Part shown: positions 1 through 8,734 of the stretch, in pieces
How positions within the stretch are numbered: position 1 is the first letter of the stretch
Layout of the letters: each line of letters opens with the position of its first letter
Source of the DNA: an uncultured Bacillota bacterium
GTDB lineage: Bacteria > Bacillota_I > Bacilli_A > RFN20 > CAG-631
Direction of reading: 5' to 3'
NCBI GenBank assembly: GCA_902491575.1
Contig: CABUID010000002.1
Span: 22,360-86,359 of the forward strand
Length of the DNA stretch: 64,000 bases
Program-made: the position numbers and the translations under genes
Notes under the pieces: generated by a model
What the model was told of the DNA's origin: nothing
Databases searched by the model: none
Seen by the model: the letters and a program-made list of their open reading frames with translations, nothing else

Positions 1-2
1 AA

Positions 3-950
3 GTTCCTATTGGTGAAAATGATTCCCATAATGTAGAACTTCAAAAAATAGGTGAGCCTGCATTAAAACCTTTTGATATTCCTTATCATACTGAAATTAT
101 GGAAAAATTTAATGGAATTGATATTGATGCAGCGCGTCGGGTAGCAGGTAATGGCTTCTATTATCTTACAGGCGATATTGCTCGTTTACATTCTGCTGTT
201 TTAACTTATGCTCGTGATTTTATGATTGATAGAGGTTTTACTTATGTATTACCACCTTTCATGATTAGAAGTAATGTTGTAACAGGAGTTATGTCTTTTG
301 AAGAAATGGATGCCATGATGTATAAAATAGAAGGAGAAGATTTGTATTTAATCGGAACTTCTGAACATTCTATGATTGGTCGATTTATTGATCAAATGAT
401 AGATGAAAAAAATTTACCTTATGTATTAACATCTTACTCACCATGTTTTAGAAAAGAAAAAGGCGCTCATGGCATTGAAGAAAGAGGCGTTTATCGTATT
501 CATCAATTTGAAAAACAAGAAATGATTGTCGTTTGTAAGCCTGAAGAATCTAGAGATTGGTTTGTTAAATTATATACCAATACAGTAGACTTATTCCGCT
601 CTTTAGATATTCCTGTAAGAACTTTAGAATGTTGCTCAGGAGATTTAGCAGATTTAAAATGTCGTTCTATCGATGTAGAGGCATGGTCACCTCGTCAGCA
701 AAAATATTTTGAAGTAGGTTCTTGTTCTAATTTAACAGATGCGCAAGCAAGAAGATTAAGTATACGAGTAAAAGGACAAAACGGAAGTAAATATTTACCA
801 CATACTTTAAATAATACAGTTGTTGCTTCTCCACGTATGCTAATTGCTTTACTTGAAAATAATTTAAATGAAGATGGTAGTGTAAACATTCCAAAAGTTT
901 TGCAACCTTATATGGGCGGTAAAACGAAACTCGTTCCAAATCAAAAATAA
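3..950 (+). CDS. serS: seryl-tRNA synthetase, C-terminal catalytic part (5' end lies outside the window)
   Basis: The frame is open from the window edge (codons start at nt 3) with no stop. Class II aaRS core strings are present: FYYLTGDIARL, LIGTSEHS, SPCFRKEKG, HQFEKQE, VGSCSN. Confidence 0.9.
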   Translation, partial: VPIGENDSHNVELQKIGEPALKPFDIPYHTEIMEKFNGIDIDAARRVAGNGFYYLTGDIARLHSAVLTYARDFMIDRGFTYVLPPFMIRSNVVTGVMSFEEMDAMMYKIEGEDLYLIGTSEHSMIGRFIDQMIDEKNLPYVLTSYSPCFRKEKGAHGIEERGVYRIHQFEKQEMIVVCKPEESRDWFVKLYTNTVDLFRSLDIPVRTLECCSGDLADLKCRSIDVEAWSPRQQKYFEVGSCSNLTDAQARRLSIRVKGQNGSKYLPHTLNNTVVASPRMLIALLENNLNEDGSVNIPKVLQPYMGGKTKLVPNQK

Positions 951-957
951 AAGGATA

Positions 958-980
958 AGTGCACTAATCATTAGTGCACT
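958..980 (+). terminator. 11-bp perfect hairpin between serS and dusB (weak terminator or processing site)
   Basis: AGTGCACTAAT-C-ATTAGTGCACT followed only by TT. Confidence 0.35.
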
Positions 981-991
981 TTAATCATATT

Positions 992-1957
992 ATGGCATAT
1001 AAAATTAAAGATATAGAAATAAAAAGTAAAGTTGTTTTAGCACCTATGGCAGGCGTAACAAATATAGCCTATCGGAAAATGTGTAAAAAGTTTAATGCTG
1101 GAATGGTTACTACGGAGATGATTTCAGATAAGGGAATTTTTTATAACGATAAGAAAACAAAAGAATTAGCCAAAATTGATGCATGTGAACATCCTGTTGC
1201 TATTCAAATTTTTGGTGGTTCAGTCGATACTTTATTAAACGCAGCATTGTGGGTTGATCAACAAACAGAAGCAGATATCATCGATATAAATATGGGCTGT
1301 CCTGTACCTAAAGTTTTAAAAAGTAACGCTGGAAGTCAGTATCTTTTAGATGTTAATAGAATTTATGAGACGATTAAAACGATTACTTCTCATGTTAAAA
1401 AACCTGTTACTGTCAAAATTCGAATTGGTTGGGATCACCAGTCCATTAATGCTATCGAAGTAAGTGAGGCAATTATTTGTGCTGGTGCCAGTGCTTTAAC
1501 TATACATGGTAGAACAAAAAGTGACTTATATTCTGGTAAAGTAAATTATGAAATTATACGGCAAATCAAAGAAAGATATTTAGATTTTCCTATTATCGCT
1601 AATGGTGATATTTGTAGCCCTAAAGATGCAAAAACGGTTCTAGATTATACAAAATGCGACGCCGTTATGGTGGGCAGAGCTTCTTATGGTAATCCCTTTA
1701 TTTTTCAGCAAATTCATCATTATTTGGAAACAGGAGAACTGCTTGAAGACATGAAATTGTCCGATAAAATCGAAATATTAAAAGAATATGCGTCCGATTT
1801 AATACATTATAAGGGTGAAATCACTGCAATGAAAGAATTAAGAGGACAAGCTGGTTGGTTTATAAAAGGTTGTGAAAATGGTGCAAAAATTCGTAATGAA
1901 TTATCTTCAATTCATACTCAACAAGAATTATTGGATATTTTAGCAAAGGTAATTTAA
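992..1957 (+). CDS. dusB: tRNA-dihydrouridine synthase
   Basis: VLAPMAGVTN, IDINMGCP and LTIHGRT motifs typical of the Dus family. ATG 992 is preferred over GTG 974, which sits inside the 958-980 hairpin. No clear SD precedes either start. Confidence 0.85.
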   Translation: MAYKIKDIEIKSKVVLAPMAGVTNIAYRKMCKKFNAGMVTTEMISDKGIFYNDKKTKELAKIDACEHPVAIQIFGGSVDTLLNAALWVDQQTEADIIDINMGCPVPKVLKSNAGSQYLLDVNRIYETIKTITSHVKKPVTVKIRIGWDHQSINAIEVSEAIICAGASALTIHGRTKSDLYSGKVNYEIIRQIKERYLDFPIIANGDICSPKDAKTVLDYTKCDAVMVGRASYGNPFIFQQIHHYLETGELLEDMKLSDKIEILKEYASDLIHYKGEITAMKELRGQAGWFIKGCENGAKIRNELSSIHTQQELLDILAKVI

Positions 1958-1974
1958 GTATTTCAAAAAACAAG

Positions 1975-2000
1975 AAAAAGGATTTTTTATCCTTTTTTTG
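1975..2000 (+). terminator. intrinsic terminator after dusB
   Basis: AAAAAGGAT-TTTTT-ATCCTTTTT followed by a T-run. Confidence 0.6.
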
Positions 2001-2086
2001 TTTGTGCCAAATTAAACAAAAAATAAACAATTTTCAGTTAAATATTTTTATTTTGCAATTAATACTATGTATTAAGCGCTTTCATA

Positions 2087-2095
2087 TGTTATAAT
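2087..2095 (+). promoter_or_regulatory. extended -10 (TGTTATAAT) for the glycan locus
   Basis: Perfect TGnTATAAT 50 nt upstream of ATG 2145. Confidence 0.5.
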
Positions 2096-2144
2096 AAAAT
2101 CGCAATTAAAAATCAATATTTTTAATCAAATTGGAGGCTTATTC

Positions 2145-3650
2145 ATGAAGAAAAAAAATTACTTAGTTCTTTGCACTTTTCTTTCTATTACTCTTCTAGC
2201 ATGTAATCAAAATCCAAGTACGACTGATTCAAGCCTTGAATCCGCAGATTATTCGGATGTCAATTCTTCAGAAAGTAGTTTAAGTGAAGTAAATTCAAGT
2301 AGTGTGAGTGATGATGATATTTATGAAGTAGATGATACTTTTGATTTTGAAGTTCACGGATTTAAAAAGCCTTCTGTTGAAAGTATGGGTGTTTTATCTT
2401 CATATAGTCCAACGACTTTTGAAGTTTCTACTTATAAAACGACAAAACAAACCTTAAGTGAAGGAGTAGAAATGGTCAAGGTAGAATATACTTTAAACGG
2501 AGGTTCTATTATCCGACCTTATTGTATTGTGGTAGATTTAAAGCAAGCAAATATTGTGGCTGGTAGTTATAACAATACAACAAGTACGACAGAATATACT
2601 AAAAAATCTGTGCCTTTCAATCAAGCTATTGCATGGAGCAAAGATAATCCGACGAAAAAATTTTTAGCCGTTACTAATGCAGACTTTTTTGGCTGGGGGG
2701 ATACGATTCCTTGTGTGAATGCATTTGTGAAAGATGGTGTTGTATTGAAAGCATCTCATAATTATGATTACAATGATGTTCCTACATCAAAACCGATGTT
2801 ATTTGGGGTGAGTAGTGAAGGCGCTAGAATAGCTCCTATGACAAATTATGAAGACTATGACTCGAATTTATCTTCAAAATTAAGTAAAACAGCTTTATCA
2901 ATTTTTAGTCAATCTGGAACTTTACAAGGAATTTACTCTTATGGTTCAGATACAGCTTTGATTAATAGTGGTTATAGTATTATTACAACGACGAGTAAAA
3001 AATCGATTCCTGCAGGAAACAAAGTGTATCTTTTTAAAAAGATACAATACGAAAAATGTAAAGAAAAAGAAATTAGAGCTTGTATTGTAGAGGATGTTAC
3101 TGGAGTTACATCCGTAAAAATAGAAAATGAAAAATATGGTTATTTAGTCATTGGCTCACAAACGGAAGATACTTTACAAGTAGGTGATTATATAGCTACT
3201 GCTAGAGATACTGTTATTAGTGCAGATGGAATGTGGAATTATTATGATACAATTTTAGGATGCAGACATTCATTAATCGAAAATGGTGTTTTACCAGAAA
3301 CTTTATATCAAGAAGATTCCAATGGTGCCAAATCTAGAGTGCCTCGAACGGCCGTTGGCATTATGAGTGATGGTAAAGTAGTTATTGTTTCAGTAGAAGA
3401 TTTACATTACAATGCATCTTTAAGAGAAGAAAATCCAAATTGTACGGGACTATCGTTAGTACAACTTGCAGATTTTATGCGTTACTTTGGTTGCTATGAT
3501 GCAGCAAACTTTGATGGAGGAGGATCGTCTCAACTAGTAACTAATATTAATGGTTCTTATGTTGTACAAACCAAATCATCTGACACAGGTTCATCTTTAC
3601 CTGAAAGTACACGAAGTGTTTTAAATTCGATTATTGTTACAACGAAATAA
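2145..3650 (+). CDS. lipoprotein with C-terminal phosphodiester glycosidase (NAGPA/DUF2233-like) domain
   Basis: Signal peptide with lipobox LLAC. The C-terminal ANFDGGGSSQL motif is characteristic of the phosphodiester glycosidase family. Ser-rich linker after the lipobox. Confidence 0.65.
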   Translation: MKKKNYLVLCTFLSITLLACNQNPSTTDSSLESADYSDVNSSESSLSEVNSSSVSDDDIYEVDDTFDFEVHGFKKPSVESMGVLSSYSPTTFEVSTYKTTKQTLSEGVEMVKVEYTLNGGSIIRPYCIVVDLKQANIVAGSYNNTTSTTEYTKKSVPFNQAIAWSKDNPTKKFLAVTNADFFGWGDTIPCVNAFVKDGVVLKASHNYDYNDVPTSKPMLFGVSSEGARIAPMTNYEDYDSNLSSKLSKTALSIFSQSGTLQGIYSYGSDTALINSGYSIITTTSKKSIPAGNKVYLFKKIQYEKCKEKEIRACIVEDVTGVTSVKIENEKYGYLVIGSQTEDTLQVGDYIATARDTVISADGMWNYYDTILGCRHSLIENGVLPETLYQEDSNGAKSRVPRTAVGIMSDGKVVIVSVEDLHYNASLREENPNCTGLSLVQLADFMRYFGCYDAANFDGGGSSQLVTNINGSYVVQTKSSDTGSSLPESTRSVLNSIIVTTK

Positions 3651-3676
3651 TAAAAGTTTTATAAAGGAGGCTTTTT

Positions 3677-6600
3677 ATGAAAAACATGAAAAGAGCATGG
3701 GTTTCGCTGGGAATACTCTTTCTAGCAACCAGTTGTGGATCAAATCTGACAGAGCAAAGCATTGCGCCAGAAGTGCTTAATGCTAGCGTAGTAAGATTAA
3801 ATGAAAGGATTTCTGGTTCGACATTATCTTATTATAACTATATTGATAACGTTAACAATCAATATCAAGATAGGTACTTAACGGAAGATTGTGTTCAATC
3901 CATTTTCCCTGAGGGCATCAAGCCTACTGAGTATTTAACAGAAGTGGATGAAAACATGCCATCTTATGCTGTTGTTGCTTTAGGAAATACACCAGTGAAT
4001 TATGTTGCGAGTGAATTAAGTGAATCCAAATGTGGTAGATATCGTTTAGAGTTGGAATATTATGTTCCAACCACTTTTGCTTCTTCACCTAATATAACCA
4101 TTCGTATAAATCAACAACAACCTTTTACAGAAGCAGATACGATTATTTTACCTTTATTATATGAAGATAATGTTTCCTATGATGATGAAGGTAACAAAAA
4201 CTTTGATAATTATACAACAAAATATGGTGATCAAATGACTCCAACACAAAAAAGAGTTTTGAAATGGCAAAACGAAGGAATATATGAATCAAAATTTGCC
4301 ACTTCTGAGCCACTCGTATTCGACTTAAATGTTGCAAGACCAACCATATCGATTACGAATTTATCTACGGATTATTTTTATGTAGGTAAGTTGACTTTAA
4401 AACCAGTGACAGAAAGTTTATCTTATAGTCAGTATCTTTCTAATCAAGCTTTTAGTCAAGGAACAGATAATATCGAGTTGAATGCCATTGCATATTCTTA
4501 TAAAAATACAAACGATGCGACTTTAACGAACGAACAATCTCCGGCTGTAACTCCTTATTTAAATGACCGTAAATTACTCAATGTAACATCGGGTTGGGAC
4601 CAGTCAGGACAATCTATTTCGTGGGAGGTAGATGTAAAATCAGCAGGATTTTATCCAATTACGGTTCATTACTATAATGATAATGATAACTTCCCATTAT
4701 TTAGAAAAGTAGAAGTGAATGGAGAAGTACCTTTTAAGGAAATGGAAAATTATTCATTTCCTTCCACCGGCTCTCATTATGCAAATGAAACATTATCTAA
4801 TGAAAATGGAGAAGCTTATTATTTTTATTTGCATTCTGGGAAAAATACCATTACTTTAACTGCAACGATTGAGCCATTAATTGAAGTTTATACAAATTTA
4901 ATGACAGTCTATGATGATATCAATTATTTTTCCATAGAAATTCGTAAAATTACTGGAGCAACGATTGACCCATATAAGGACTATCAAATAACAAAATATT
5001 TTACAGACACAACTTCTGTTTTAAAAGCTTATAAGAATATTATTTTGGATTCTTATAATAAACTTCGAGATTTTGTTGGAAATAATAAATCCTCTAGCGT
5101 TTTATCTTATTTCCAACGTATGATTGAATTAGTCGATGAGTTATTAGAAAAACCAGATGATTTACCTCTAAAACTTTCTAAGTTTTCATCTGGTGATAAC
5201 TGCTTAGCAAAATTAGTTGCAGATACTGCCAATACTTTACAAGTTACGAATATGGTTTTAGATACCATTTATGTAACCAATGATAGTTCGAAAATTAGGC
5301 CAAGTAACGCATCTTGGTTTTCGTCATTTTATTCTTCTTTAGTCACTTTAGGTCAAACTTTTTCATCGGATAAATATAAAACAATTTTACATGATGGTGA
5401 ATTAAATGTTTGGTCTTCACGTTCTCAAGCTTATAATGATATTTTACAAACTTTCGCAGATAACGAATTTACTCCAAATACCAAATGTGCAGAATTTCCA
5501 GATGGTATTAAAGTCAATATTCGTCAAATGCCAAGTGAAGATAATTTAATTTATGCATATGCAGCGAATACTGTGCCTGATTTGGTTTTAGGCGTCAATT
5601 CAGGAAGAGCTTTTGAATTTGCTTTACGTGGGGATGCTGCTTATCCATTAAGTGATTTTGATTCATCATGGAAATATACGAATAATCATTGGGGATTTTC
5701 GCCATATTATTGGGATATTACAGGAAATATGCCACATGGACAATTAATGTCTATGCTTTATAATGATAAATTTTATTCTTTGCCTGAATCTACAAGTGCA
5801 CAATTGATGTTCTCTCGTGATGATATCATGAATGTTATGGGAGATAATGGGCAACCATTACAAGTTCCTTCAACATGGAAAGAGTTAATAGGTATGCTTT
5901 ATCGAATTCAATCATCAGGTATGAACTTTTATTATCCTACAAGTGCCTCTGGTTCTTTAAAAGGTTTATCCACAACTGCACAATTTATTTTACAAAATAA
6001 TGGAACAATTTTAACAGAAGATGGTTTTAATACGAATCTTCGTGATACAAAAACTTATGAAGGAATTAAACTATTAACGGATTTGTATACTATCTATGCT
6101 TTACCAACAGAAGTAGCTTCTTTTTATAACCATTTCCGATATGGAACTTATCCATTAGGTATAGGTGATGTTTCTATGTATTTGCAACTAAAGTATGTAG
6201 CTCCAGAATTATTAGGAAAATGGTCTGTTCATCAAATTCCAGGAATTGCTCAAGAAGCCTCCGAAGATGGAACTTATAAAGATTTAAATCATGATGGAAC
6301 ACCAGATGAGATTTCAAGATGGTATATTTCAAATGGTTCAGCGGCAATGATTTTCAATAATTCAAAATTAATTGATGAAGCTTGGTTGTTTTTACAATGG
6401 TGGATGTCAACAGAAATTCAAGAAGCATTTACTGAAGCTTTGCAATCTACCTTTGGACCATCTGTTGTTTGGTTCTCTGCTAATCTAGAAGCAGCTAAAT
6501 CTTTACCTATTGATTCAGATGTAAGAGAAACAGTTTTAGAACAAGTTAAATGGATTGTTGATTTACAACAAATTCCAGGTCAATATATGTTAGAACGTGG

Positions 6601-6877
6601 TTTATCAGATATTTGGAATACGGTCGTATTTGGAACAGCGACAACAGCAGGAACAAGTGGAAAATTAACAGTCGGTGAGGCGATTGATTTACAAAAAGTT
6701 TTAATGGATAGAGAAATCCAAAGAAAAATGGAAGAATTTGGATATTATGATACGAAAAAGAATACACCGACAAGAGAATATATTATCCGAAACTTCGATT
6801 GGGTTGAATCTTGTTTTACAAATTATCAAAATAATACAAAAGGTGGCAATAGTTCCACACCATATTGTGCTATTTAA
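3677..6877 (+). CDS. giant ABC-transporter extracellular solute-binding lipoprotein with N-terminal carbohydrate-binding-module-like region
   Basis: Strong SD (AAGGAGG) and lipobox LATSCG. The C-terminal ~500 aa resemble family-1 sugar SBPs. The N-terminal half has beta-sandwich/CBM-like strings (GRYRLELEYYVP, GFYPITVHYYND, GKNTITLTA). Sits directly upstream of a permease pair. Confidence 0.65.
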   Translation: MKNMKRAWVSLGILFLATSCGSNLTEQSIAPEVLNASVVRLNERISGSTLSYYNYIDNVNNQYQDRYLTEDCVQSIFPEGIKPTEYLTEVDENMPSYAVVALGNTPVNYVASELSESKCGRYRLELEYYVPTTFASSPNITIRINQQQPFTEADTIILPLLYEDNVSYDDEGNKNFDNYTTKYGDQMTPTQKRVLKWQNEGIYESKFATSEPLVFDLNVARPTISITNLSTDYFYVGKLTLKPVTESLSYSQYLSNQAFSQGTDNIELNAIAYSYKNTNDATLTNEQSPAVTPYLNDRKLLNVTSGWDQSGQSISWEVDVKSAGFYPITVHYYNDNDNFPLFRKVEVNGEVPFKEMENYSFPSTGSHYANETLSNENGEAYYFYLHSGKNTITLTATIEPLIEVYTNLMTVYDDINYFSIEIRKITGATIDPYKDYQITKYFTDTTSVLKAYKNIILDSYNKLRDFVGNNKSSSVLSYFQRMIELVDELLEKPDDLPLKLSKFSSGDNCLAKLVADTANTLQVTNMVLDTIYVTNDSSKIRPSNASWFSSFYSSLVTLGQTFSSDKYKTILHDGELNVWSSRSQAYNDILQTFADNEFTPNTKCAEFPDGIKVNIRQMPSEDNLIYAYAANTVPDLVLGVNSGRAFEFALRGDAAYPLSDFDSSWKYTNNHWGFSPYYWDITGNMPHGQLMSMLYNDKFYSLPESTSAQLMFSRDDIMNVMGDNGQPLQVPSTWKELIGMLYRIQSSGMNFYYPTSASGSLKGLSTTAQFILQNNGTILTEDGFNTNLRDTKTYEGIKLLTDLYTIYALPTEVASFYNHFRYGTYPLGIGDVSMYLQLKYVAPELLGKWSVHQIPGIAQEASEDGTYKDLNHDGTPDEISRWYISNGSAAMIFNNSKLIDEAWLFLQWWMSTEIQEAFTEALQSTFGPSVVWFSANLEAAKSLPIDSDVRETVLEQVKWIVDLQQIPGQYMLERGLSDIWNTVVFGTATTAGTSGKLTVGEAIDLQKVLMDREIQRKMEEFGYYDTKKNTPTREYIIRNFDWVESCFTNYQNNTKGGNSSTPYCAI

Positions 6878-6892
6878 AGGAGGGGATGAACA

Positions 6893-7855
6893 ATGAAATT
6901 GAATTTTAGAAAAAAGAACGAAAATAAACCTCCGAAAATAAAGATCAAAAAGAATTCCAGAACAAATGGAATTAATGGTTCGCCATGGTCAACGTTCTTA
7001 TTAGTTGCTCCCTATGTTACATTATTCTTCATTTTTATTGCTTTACCCGTTTTTATCTCAGCATTGTTATCTTTAACTTATTTCAATGCTATTGAATTTC
7101 CTACTTTTGTTGGATTAAAGAATTATGTAAATATGTTCTCGGTGGACCGTGATTTTATGCAATATGTTGTTCCACAAACATTAACTTTTTCCATTATTGT
7201 TGGTCCAGGAGGATATATATTATCTTTCTTAATTGCATGGATGTTGGCTCAATTACCTAAAACAATAAGAACAATTCTTGCATTAATTGTTTATGTGCCA
7301 TCTTTAGCAGGTGGTGTATTAATTGGTGTCATTTGGAAGTCAGTATTTTCTGGAGACCAATGGGGATATTTAAATGCCTTTTTAATGAATTTTGGTATTA
7401 TAAATGCCCCGATATCATGGCTTACAAGCCCAAGTTATTTATTAGGTATAACTATCTTCGTTGCCTTATGGAGTTCATTTGGTATCGGATTCTTATCTAT
7501 TTTATCTTCATTATGTAATTTAGATCCTGAACTTTATGAAGCTGCTCATATTGATGGTATTAAGAATCGTTTCCAAGAAACTATTTATGTTACTATTCCA
7601 CAAATGAGAGGTTCGATGTACTTTGCGGCTATCATGTCCATCACAAATGCTATGTCAGCAGGTACTTTAGCCATTACTTTATCTGGTTCAAATCCAACTC
7701 CACAAAAGTCTGCACAAACGATTTTAGCTCATATGAATGACTATGCATTTATACGAAATGAATTAGGTTATGCTTCAGCGATGTCGGTAGTATTATTGTT
7801 ATTTGTCTTATTATTCTCAAAAGTCGCCAATATGTTATTTGGCAATAAAGATTAG
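6893..7855 (+). CDS. carbohydrate ABC transporter permease (MalF/UgpA-like)
   Basis: Six predicted TM segments. EAA-type loop EAAHIDGIKNRFQETIYVTIPQM. Confidence 0.85.
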   Translation: MKLNFRKKNENKPPKIKIKKNSRTNGINGSPWSTFLLVAPYVTLFFIFIALPVFISALLSLTYFNAIEFPTFVGLKNYVNMFSVDRDFMQYVVPQTLTFSIIVGPGGYILSFLIAWMLAQLPKTIRTILALIVYVPSLAGGVLIGVIWKSVFSGDQWGYLNAFLMNFGIINAPISWLTSPSYLLGITIFVALWSSFGIGFLSILSSLCNLDPELYEAAHIDGIKNRFQETIYVTIPQMRGSMYFAAIMSITNAMSAGTLAITLSGSNPTPQKSAQTILAHMNDYAFIRNELGYASAMSVVLLLFVLLFSKVANMLFGNKD

Positions 7856-7866
7856 GAGGTGAAATT

Positions 7867-8733
7867 ATGGCGTTTCAGGTTATTCAATTAAATCCAAAAA
7901 AATTTCAAGCAAGTCAAATCAAATTTTTGGTTATTTTATTACCGATTTGTGCAGTCATGATTTTACCGATTATTTATACGATTTGTCAGGCTTTTAAACC
8001 TTTGGATGAATTATTTTATTTTCCACCAAGAATTTTTGTTTATCATCCTACATTATCTAATTTTTCTGAGTTATTTCGTTTGGCAAGAATTACTGGATTA
8101 CCTTGGATGAGATATTTATTAAATTCTCTTTTAATTACCATTATTTATGTAGTAGGTGTCTTATTTTTAACAGTTACAACAGGTTATGCTTTTTCTAAAA
8201 AAGAATTTAAAGTAAAGAAAATCTTTTTTACAATTAACCAATTGGCTTTAATGTTTATCGCCATCGCTGTGCAAATTCCTACTTATTTAATTGTTTCTTA
8301 TTTAGGATTAATTGATAATTTTTTAGTTCATATTATTCCTTCTTTAGCGGTTCCAGTTTATTTGTTTTTAATGAAGCAAAATATTGATGAAGTCCCTAAA
8401 GAAATATTAGAATCAGCGCGTTTAGATGGTGCGAATGATTTACAAATTATTTTAAAATTTGTTATACCTCTTGTTAAGCCAACCATAGCAACAATTTCTA
8501 TTTTGGCATTCCAATCAATTTGGAATTCAGGTGGTGCTAGTACAATTTATTTAAATTCTGAGAATTTAAAAACATTACCATACTATTTAGGATTATTATC
8601 TTCACAAGCCGGTATTCAGGCCACCGGTGTATCCGCAGCAAGTTCATTAATTCTATTTTTACCAAATTTAATTATTTTCATTGTTATGCAATCTAAAGTC
8701 ATGAATACAATGGCAAGGTCAGGTATAAAATAA
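7867..8733 (+). CDS. carbohydrate ABC transporter permease (MalG/UgpE-like)
   Basis: TM-rich. EAA loop ESARLDGANDLQIILKFVIPLVKP. Confidence 0.85.
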   Translation: MAFQVIQLNPKKFQASQIKFLVILLPICAVMILPIIYTICQAFKPLDELFYFPPRIFVYHPTLSNFSELFRLARITGLPWMRYLLNSLLITIIYVVGVLFLTVTTGYAFSKKEFKVKKIFFTINQLALMFIAIAVQIPTYLIVSYLGLIDNFLVHIIPSLAVPVYLFLMKQNIDEVPKEILESARLDGANDLQIILKFVIPLVKPTIATISILAFQSIWNSGGASTIYLNSENLKTLPYYLGLLSSQAGIQATGVSAASSLILFLPNLIIFIVMQSKVMNTMARSGIK

Positions 8734-8734
8734 T

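Noticed and set aside
695-939. Two antisense ORFs (64 and 70 aa) inside serS. Similar short antisense or alternate-frame ORFs lie inside other long genes: 4143-4343, 6546-6773, 7333-7518, 12118-12345, 12680-12886, 13255-13446, 15458-15805, 16941-17129, 17596-17790, 19304-19558, 20458-20785, 28944-29174, 29976-30158, 33037-33234, 45138-45320, 49005-49250, 53486-53743, 54254-54436, 54957-55184, 56489-56740, 57485-57759, 58481-58681, 59440-59634, 61964-62149.
   Set aside because: They are fully embedded in well-supported longer CDSs, lack SD sequences, and have the low-complexity, hydrophobic composition typical of chance ORFs in AT-rich DNA.
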